From Bacteroidales bacterium (GTDB lineage: Bacteria; Bacteroidota; Bacteroidia; Bacteroidales; UBA932): 64,000 bases of DNA. Both the position numbers and the translations under genes were made by a program. Positions 57,987 through 64,000 of the stretch are shown here, piece after piece. Below the pieces are notes generated by a model. That model did not search any database. It had not been told where the DNA came from and saw only the letters and a list, made by a program, of their open reading frames with translations. The stretch is taken from contig JAKSKO010000001.1 in the NCBI GenBank assembly GCA_024401715.1, positions 6,891 through 70,890 of the forward strand, given 5' to 3'. Positions within the stretch are counted from its first letter, which is position 1. Each line of letters begins with the position of its first letter.

Positions 57987-59822
57987 TTAAAAATTATACT
58001 TGTAGAGCTCACGTACATCAACAGGCTCACCCGGAACATTTGAAGCCATGTTGCCGTTGAATACTACGTCCTCTGTAGGGAAAGGAAGTGTGAAGCTTGA
58101 TTCTGTTACGTTAGGGGCGTCATCCTTACCTATGACTGCATTCTTACCGTACCATACCTGGCCTTCAACACCTTCCTGCAAGCCGGCAACGTCGCTGCCG
58201 TCCGGAGTACTCTGTGTAAGGAATACGATATCCCATACACCTTTCTCGGCATATTTCTTCATAACCTTGTTCATATCACCGTTGTATGTAGAACGGCGCT
58301 GTGCCTTGAGTTCTGCAATTGCAGCAGCGGCATCAAAGTATGAACGGCGTACGAAATCGTACCAGTAGTCACCCTCACCGGCAAGCTCCAGACGACGCTC
58401 TTTCCAGATGTCTTTCAATGTAACTGTGCCTTTAAGTTCAGGAGCACCTGCACGATGACGAACCAGGTTCACATATTTGAGAGCTGCTGCATTGTTGGTG
58501 TTTACAACAGCCTCGGCATATATAAGGTAAACGTCTGAAAGGCGAAGGATGTGTGTAGGGAGCTGATAGGCCATACGTGCAGGAGGAACGCCTACGCCGG
58601 CAATGTGGTCGGCATCATCACCATAGAGGTGTTTTACGTTCTGCGCACCTGTACCGCACTGCATTTCACCACCGCCTACTTTGTAATCCTTGTCTTCGCT
58701 GTAAAGAGCCTCGATGTAGCTGAAGCCTTTGAAACCCTTAGGAGAAACCTTGTCTGTCCAGAAGTAGTCATACTGGTCACCAGCCATCATGAGGGTAGAT
58801 TTACGACGGCTGTCCTGTTCGGCTGCACGCACTGCAGGATCGTCTGTAGCCTTAACGCCGAATGCGTCGGCAAGGTCAACAGAAGGACCGCCCCAGCCAC
58901 CCCAGAGGTCACCCTGGTCGCCGAAGCCCTCGAAAATAAGATCGGACTGAAGAGTGTTCTGACGTGTCCACTGGCCGCCTGAGATACCCCACTGCCAGCT
59001 GATGAGAGGCTCACCAGTTGCGTTGAACACTGCTGGAGAAAGACGGAAAACATCGGAATACTTTGGAGTAAGCTCACGGTCTGAATGCTCGATTACATCA
59101 AGTGCCTTGTTGGCTGCCTCTGTAAGATCAGCTGCGGAAAGTGTACCTCCCAGACCTGCTTTTGTGAGGTAAACCTTTGCAAGGAGAGCCTCGGCTGCAT
59201 AATAGTCTATACGGTTATATTTGCCTTTCTGCGGATCTTTGTAATCCTCAAGCATTTCCATGGCTTTCTCAAGAGTCATGATGATGTACTCGTATACGCT
59301 TGCGCGGTCGGCTTTCTTAACGTCGTTATACAAGCCGGTACCAATAAGATCTGCATTGTCGTGAATGATAGGCACTTCACCGAATGAGCGCACAAGGAAG
59401 AAGTATGCAAGGGCTTTGAGGGTGAGACACTCACCGATAACCCTGTTTTTCATCTTCTGTGACGGACCGCTTGAAGCAAGCACGTTCTTGATGATGGTGT
59501 TTGCATGCGCATTGACAGACCACAAAGAATATGACATGTTCATAAGGTCTATATCGGTACCGTTTGCGGTAAGTGAGAGGTATGGGGAGTTGCCCCAGTA
59601 CATGTTACCTGACATAACCTCACCCACTTTGATGAAACCGCGCTGGAAATCATACCATGGAGAGTTATAGAGGTAGTTTACGCCCTGCTCCACCTGCTCG
59701 TCTGTCTGATAGAAGTTTGAGGTGTTGTAGTTATCTACAGTAGGACGGTTAAGGAAGTTCTGGCAAGATGCCGCCATAAGAAGGGCACCTGCGAAAATAA
59801 TACCTTTGAATATTCTGTTCAT
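57987..59822 (-). CDS. susD: SusD-family outer membrane lipoprotein
   Basis: Lipobox MNRIFKGIIFAGALLMAASC (an alternative ATG lies at 59837); AYFFLVRSFGEVP, LRLSDVYLIYAEA, ERRLELAGEG...WYDFVR. Confidence 0.94.
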   Translation of the reverse strand: MNRIFKGIIFAGALLMAASCQNFLNRPTVDNYNTSNFYQTDEQVEQGVNYLYNSPWYDFQRGFIKVGEVMSGNMYWGNSPYLSLTANGTDIDLMNMSYSLWSVNAHANTIIKNVLASSGPSQKMKNRVIGECLTLKALAYFFLVRSFGEVPIIHDNADLIGTGLYNDVKKADRASVYEYIIMTLEKAMEMLEDYKDPQKGKYNRIDYYAAEALLAKVYLTKAGLGGTLSAADLTEAANKALDVIEHSDRELTPKYSDVFRLSPAVFNATGEPLISWQWGISGGQWTRQNTLQSDLIFEGFGDQGDLWGGWGGPSVDLADAFGVKATDDPAVRAAEQDSRRKSTLMMAGDQYDYFWTDKVSPKGFKGFSYIEALYSEDKDYKVGGGEMQCGTGAQNVKHLYGDDADHIAGVGVPPARMAYQLPTHILRLSDVYLIYAEAVVNTNNAAALKYVNLVRHRAGAPELKGTVTLKDIWKERRLELAGEGDYWYDFVRRSYFDAAAAIAELKAQRRSTYNGDMNKVMKKYAEKGVWDIVFLTQSTPDGSDVAGLQEGVEGQVWYGKNAVIGKDDAPNVTESSFTLPFPTEDVVFNGNMASNVPGEPVDVRELYKYNF

Positions 59823-59840
59823 ATAATTACCCTCCATAAA

Positions 59841-62800
59841 TTAGAATGTGATGTTAAGACCACATGAATAAGTTGTAGGAGAAGGATAACGGCCGTTATC
59901 AACACCGTAAGTAAGACCTGAAGAGTCCTGTGTAGAAGCACCAACCTCAGGATCGTAACCACGATACTTGGTGAATGTGTAAACATTCTGGATGTTCACA
60001 GACACGCGGATGTTCTCGAATTTGATCTTCTTGAGAAGCTTCTTAGGGATGTTGTAACCCAAAGCTATGTTCTTGATACGGAGGTATGAGCCGTCCTCTA
60101 TGTAACGGGAGCTCATGCGGTCGTTATCGTTAGGGTCATTGATTGTAGGACGAGGGGTCTTGGTATCCTTGTTGGCAACAGTAACGTTGGTGATATCGTT
60201 ATACCACTCATTCACTGTCTTGCCGGCAACAACTGCAGGATACTCCTTGTTCGCATCGATAGGAACAAGCTGTGCACGGTCGGCTACGCTCTTGTGCTGG
60301 TTTGTCCATGCGCTGTTCATGTGAACAAGACCGTTGTAGCCCTGACCAAGGAGGTTGTAGTTGAGAACCTTGTTGCCGAAAGAGCCGTTAAGGAAGATAC
60401 CCAGGTCGAAGTCTTTGTAGCGGAAGGTGTTGTTCCAACCGAAAGTGAATAGAGGAAGTGGTGAACCGATGTTTGTACGGTCGTTCTCGTCAATCTTGCC
60501 ATCACCGTTCACATCACGGAACTTGAGGTCACCCACCCACACTGTGGTGTTGCGGTCGAATACACCGTCGGCAGGATATTTTTCTGCCCTAGGAGACTCC
60601 ATGATGTCGTCAAGGGAGGTATAAACACCAACTACATCATAACCGTAGAAACCGTAGAGGGACTCGCCAACCTTGGTTGTAGAAACAACGTCACTCCACT
60701 GGCCGTAACCCACGAGGGCTGCGTTCTTTGTGCCGTCAAGGGCAACGAGTTTGTTCTGGTTGAATGAAATCTGGAAGTTGGTATCCCAAGAGAAACCTTT
60801 GACGTTTACAGGGTGGAAATCCAGGGTGAGCTCTATACCGCGGTTCATGATGGTACCGTAGTTACCCTTAGGTGCTGCAAGCACAGATGAGCCGTTACCC
60901 TGTGTACCCATGTAAGAAGGAAGCTGCATGCCCATGAGCATGTCTGAAGACTTCTTCTGGTAGAGGTCGATGATAACATTGTATTTGTCATCAAGGAAAC
61001 CGAGGTCGATACCGAGGTTCCACTGCTCCTGTTTCTCCCAGTGTACTTTTGTATTAGGGATGTTTGCAGGACGGAAGCCCTGGCCCAGAGCTGAAGGCAT
61101 CTGGCTGATACTTGCACCCCATGCATAACCACCGATGTTGCTGTTACCTGTCTGACCCCAGCCCAGACGGATCTTACCGTTGCTGAGGATACCCTTTGCG
61201 CTCTCCATGAATTTCTCGTTGCTGAAACGCCAGCTGCCGGCTACAGAGTGGAAGCCTGCCCAGCGGTTCTCAGGACCGAAGTTTGAAGAACCGTCATAAC
61301 GGAAAGTATAAGTGAGGAGGTAACGGTTGTCGTAGTTGTATGTCCAACGGGTGAAGAATGAAGCCATTGCTGCAGAACCGAAACCGTGGCCTACTGTATG
61401 GCTCTCTGGCTCACCAAGGGCTACATTGTGCACCTCATCTGAAGAAAGGCCGGTTGAAGCGCCGCTAAGGTAGTTCCATTTGCTCTCCCATGCCTCCTGA
61501 CCAATCATACCGCTGAAGTTGTGTTTGCCGAATGTATTGGTGTAGGTGAGGTAGTTCTTGATCTGCCAGAAAGTGTTCTGGTTCTTCTGGTAGCTCATGG
61601 AGTTACCCTTTGCCTGATATGCGCCCAGGTCGATTTTCGGACGATAGCGCTCTGCATCGGAGAAGTTGAGGTCGAAGCCCAGCTCTGTACGCCATGTGAG
61701 GCCTTTGATAGGGTTGATGTCAACGTAGAAGTTACCTGTGAGTTTCTGACGTTTCAGGGTGTTGGTCTCCAGCATTGCCATGGCAACAGGGTTTTTCTGG
61801 CTACCCTGGCCCTCGCGTACCACTGTAGAGAAGTTGCCGTCAACATCATATACAGGGATATCAGGGAGGAATGTGAGAGAGTAGAAGATGATACCCTCGC
61901 CACCATCGGCAAGTTTAAGGTCATCTTTTGTGTTTGCATAAGAAGCGTTCAAACCCAGTTTCAACCATTTCTTAAGCTGAGCGTCGAGGTTTGCACGAAC
62001 ACTGAAACGGTTGAAGTTGGAACCGATGATAGTACCCTGCTGATCCATGAATGAACCTGATACATAGTACTGCACCTTCTCTGTACCGCCCTGTGCGCTA
62101 ACCTGGTGAGAGTGCTGCAGAGCTGTGCGGAACACCTCGTCCTGCCAGTTTGTACCCTTGCCAAGAAGTGAAGGGTCTGCATACCATGAACTTTTCTCTG
62201 CAATCTCACCGATTTCTACCATGGAGTTGTTGAACTCTGCAAATTCACGCAGATTCATCATATCAAGACGTTTTGTCTGCTGGCTTACAGCGAACATGCC
62301 GTCATAGCTGAATTTCGCATCACCTGCCTTACCGCGTTTTGTAGTGATGAGCACTACACCGTTCGCACCCTGTGCACCGTAGATAGCTGTTGCAGAAGCA
62401 TCCTTGAGAATCTCCATACTTACGATATCGCTAGGGTTGATTGTAGACAGAGGAGAGATGGTTGAAACCTTACCGTTACCCAGAGCGTCACCCAGACCGA
62501 AGTCGGAACCTGAGTTACCGCCACCCTGGACGATTACACCATCGATAACGTAGAGAGGCTCGGCATTTGCGTTTACAGTTGCCTGACCACGTACGCGGAT
62601 AGATGATGAAGAACCAGGAGCACCTGAAGTCTGTACTGCGGATACACCGGCAGCACGTCCCTGAAGTGACTGGTCAAGCGAAGTGATCAACGAGCCCTTC
62701 AGATCCTCCTCTTTCATGGATACTGAAGCACCGGAGAGGTCACTCCTTTTCATTGTACCATAACCTACTACAACAACCTCGTCAAGGAACTGTGAATCCT

Positions 62801-63080
62801 CTTCAATGGTGATGTTGTAGAAATCACGCTGATCAACCTTGAAAGTTGCAGTAGCGTAACCGACGGAACTTACACTGAGAGTTGCACCGCTCTTTGTAGT
62901 GAGGGTGAAGTTACCGTCGAGGTCAGTAATGGTACCGTTGGTAGTACCATCTTCCATGACGCTGGCGCCAATAACCGGACCGACGTTATCAACGACGGTA
63001 CCGGAAATTGTCCTCACCTGGGCAAAGGCTCCAAGGCTGAGAAGCAGCATCACAAAGCAAGTAAATAGTTTACTTTTCAT
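59841..63080 (-). CDS. susC: SusC-family TonB-dependent transporter
   Basis: GTITDLDGNF, LDEVVVVGYG, LQGRAAGV, PLYVIDG, ILKDASATAIYGAQGANGVVLITTKRG, YDPEVG, terminal Phe. Confidence 0.97.
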   Translation of the reverse strand: MKSKLFTCFVMLLLSLGAFAQVRTISGTVVDNVGPVIGASVMEDGTTNGTITDLDGNFTLTTKSGATLSVSSVGYATATFKVDQRDFYNITIEEDSQFLDEVVVVGYGTMKRSDLSGASVSMKEEDLKGSLITSLDQSLQGRAAGVSAVQTSGAPGSSSSIRVRGQATVNANAEPLYVIDGVIVQGGGNSGSDFGLGDALGNGKVSTISPLSTINPSDIVSMEILKDASATAIYGAQGANGVVLITTKRGKAGDAKFSYDGMFAVSQQTKRLDMMNLREFAEFNNSMVEIGEIAEKSSWYADPSLLGKGTNWQDEVFRTALQHSHQVSAQGGTEKVQYYVSGSFMDQQGTIIGSNFNRFSVRANLDAQLKKWLKLGLNASYANTKDDLKLADGGEGIIFYSLTFLPDIPVYDVDGNFSTVVREGQGSQKNPVAMAMLETNTLKRQKLTGNFYVDINPIKGLTWRTELGFDLNFSDAERYRPKIDLGAYQAKGNSMSYQKNQNTFWQIKNYLTYTNTFGKHNFSGMIGQEAWESKWNYLSGASTGLSSDEVHNVALGEPESHTVGHGFGSAAMASFFTRWTYNYDNRYLLTYTFRYDGSSNFGPENRWAGFHSVAGSWRFSNEKFMESAKGILSNGKIRLGWGQTGNSNIGGYAWGASISQMPSALGQGFRPANIPNTKVHWEKQEQWNLGIDLGFLDDKYNVIIDLYQKKSSDMLMGMQLPSYMGTQGNGSSVLAAPKGNYGTIMNRGIELTLDFHPVNVKGFSWDTNFQISFNQNKLVALDGTKNAALVGYGQWSDVVSTTKVGESLYGFYGYDVVGVYTSLDDIMESPRAEKYPADGVFDRNTTVWVGDLKFRDVNGDGKIDENDRTNIGSPLPLFTFGWNNTFRYKDFDLGIFLNGSFGNKVLNYNLLGQGYNGLVHMNSAWTNQHKSVADRAQLVPIDANKEYPAVVAGKTVNEWYNDITNVTVANKDTKTPRPTINDPNDNDRMSSRYIEDGSYLRIKNIALGYNIPKKLLKKIKFENIRVSVNIQNVYTFTKYRGYDPEVGASTQDSSGLTYGVDNGRYPSPTTYSCGLNITF

Positions 63081-63278
63081 GTTACTGATTTTTTAGGACT
63101 TTTAGTTAATATTAAGTTAGTAGTTGTTATATGCCGTACTAAAGGAATATAAATCTATATCATTCTAAATGTAAGCAAAATTTTCATAATAACACTATTC
63201 ACTGATTGTATTTTATCACTTTTCTAAAAAAAACCGAACTAATTGCGCTTACATCTTTTCCCCAGACCAATCTTTCAC

Positions 63279-63286
63279 TAACTTTG
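63279..63286 (+). promoter_or_regulatory. Candidate -7 box (TAACTTTG) for the antiporter gene
   Basis: Exact TAnnTTTG ending 20 nt before the ATG at 63307. The -33 position reads TTTT rather than TTTG. Confidence 0.5.
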
Positions 63287-63306
63287 CATAAGAAACAAAC
63301 AGGAAG

Positions 63307-64000
63307 ATGGAAGCTAAAAATATAATAAGGGATTTTCTTCGCGGAGCGCTGGACAGAGGCGTTCTCCAGATGATTCTGATCTTCATTCTGGCGGGCGCAT
63401 TTGCCGGTATCGCCAGGAACATTGGTGCCGTGGAAGCCACCGTAGCGGCCACTCTGGGCATCATTCCAGCCAGTATGATATATGCCGGACTATTCATCAC
63501 GGCCTGCCTGATTTCATTTTCCGTAGGCACCAGCATGGGAACTATCGCAGCTGTGGTCCCAATCGCATGCGGCATTGCCCAGGACACGGGTGACAGCCTG
63601 CCCTACATGGTGGGGATAGTTGTTGGCGGTGCGTTCTTCGGAGACAACCTTTCGTTCATTTCAGACACCACACTTGCGGCAACAAGGGCGCTGGGCGTGA
63701 AAATGAGAGACAAATTCAGGGCAAATTTTATGGTTGTCCTGCCTGCGGTTTTGCTTTCTTTGTGCATTTATGTCCTTTTAGGTCTAAGCCAGAGCAGCCA
63801 GGTTCCGCCACAGCCACAGGCCGATGCCGCCAAACTTATACCCTATATAATAGTAATAGTCCTGGCCCTTTGCGGCCTCGGGGTAATACGCATTCTTTGC
63901 ATAGGAGTTACGGCCTGCATACTTACGGGACTTGCAACAGGGGCATCATCGGCCGGAATGCTTGGGGCCGCGCTTGACGGAATGCTGGGAATGACATCGG
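63307..64000 (+). CDS. NhaC-family Na+/H+ antiporter-like membrane protein (3' end runs off the window; absent from the ORF track)
   Basis: Manual translation is open to the window end: MILIFILAGAFA...SFSVGTSMGTIAA...GGAFFGDNLSFISDTTLAATR. Confidence 0.85.
   Translation, partial: MEAKNIIRDFLRGALDRGVLQMILIFILAGAFAGIARNIGAVEATVAATLGIIPASMIYAGLFITACLISFSVGTSMGTIAAVVPIACGIAQDTGDSLPYMVGIVVGGAFFGDNLSFISDTTLAATRALGVKMRDKFRANFMVVLPAVLLSLCIYVLLGLSQSSQVPPQPQADAAKLIPYIIVIVLALCGLGVIRILCIGVTACILTGLATGASSAGMLGAALDGMLGMTS

Noticed and set aside
63081-63306. AT-rich susC upstream region with TTAATATTAA and CACT/ACTGAT half-sites
   Set aside because: Short AT palindromes are expected by chance here. No canonical minus-strand promoter or convincing operator could be fixed.
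1-64000. CRISPR arrays, tRNA/rRNA, transposases, integrases, invertible repeats
   Set aside because: None recognised. Intergenic spaces are too short and no such ORF motifs were seen. A covariance-model scan would be needed to exclude small RNAs.

Overview
Bacteroidales-type chromosomal window, judged from the SusC/SusD pair, TTTG-N20-TAnnTTTG promoters and lipoprotein signal peptides. It has three blocks. (1) 1-19773: a de novo purine plus pyrimidine supercluster of 15 genes (purB purC pyrB pyrE pyrF pyrD pyrK carB carA pyrC on the minus strand; purE purL purM purH purD on the plus strand) transcribed divergently from one 147-bp intergenic region. Most proteins look Firmicutes-like. CarA has lost its glutaminase catalytic Cys and His (Ser252, Tyr336), and PyrB carries a fused PyrI-type Zn finger. 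(2) 19770-28802: TetR with a TolC/HlyD/two-permease export cluster, then purT, a MATE transporter and a GT2. (3) 28806-63080: a long minus-strand hemicellulose utilisation locus (SusC, SusD, two surface glycan-binding lipoproteins, GH5, AraC, xylB, xylA, GH5-CE7 fusion, GH26, GH130, MFS, GH94, GH36, GH2, SGNH esterase, aldo-keto reductase, amidohydrolase, GH31). It mixes beta-mannan and xyloglucan functions, and a GH94 phosphorylase sits where the mannobiose 2-epimerase normally lies. No rRNA, tRNA, CRISPR array or mobile element was recognised. All family assignments come from motif recognition by eye, not from database searches.
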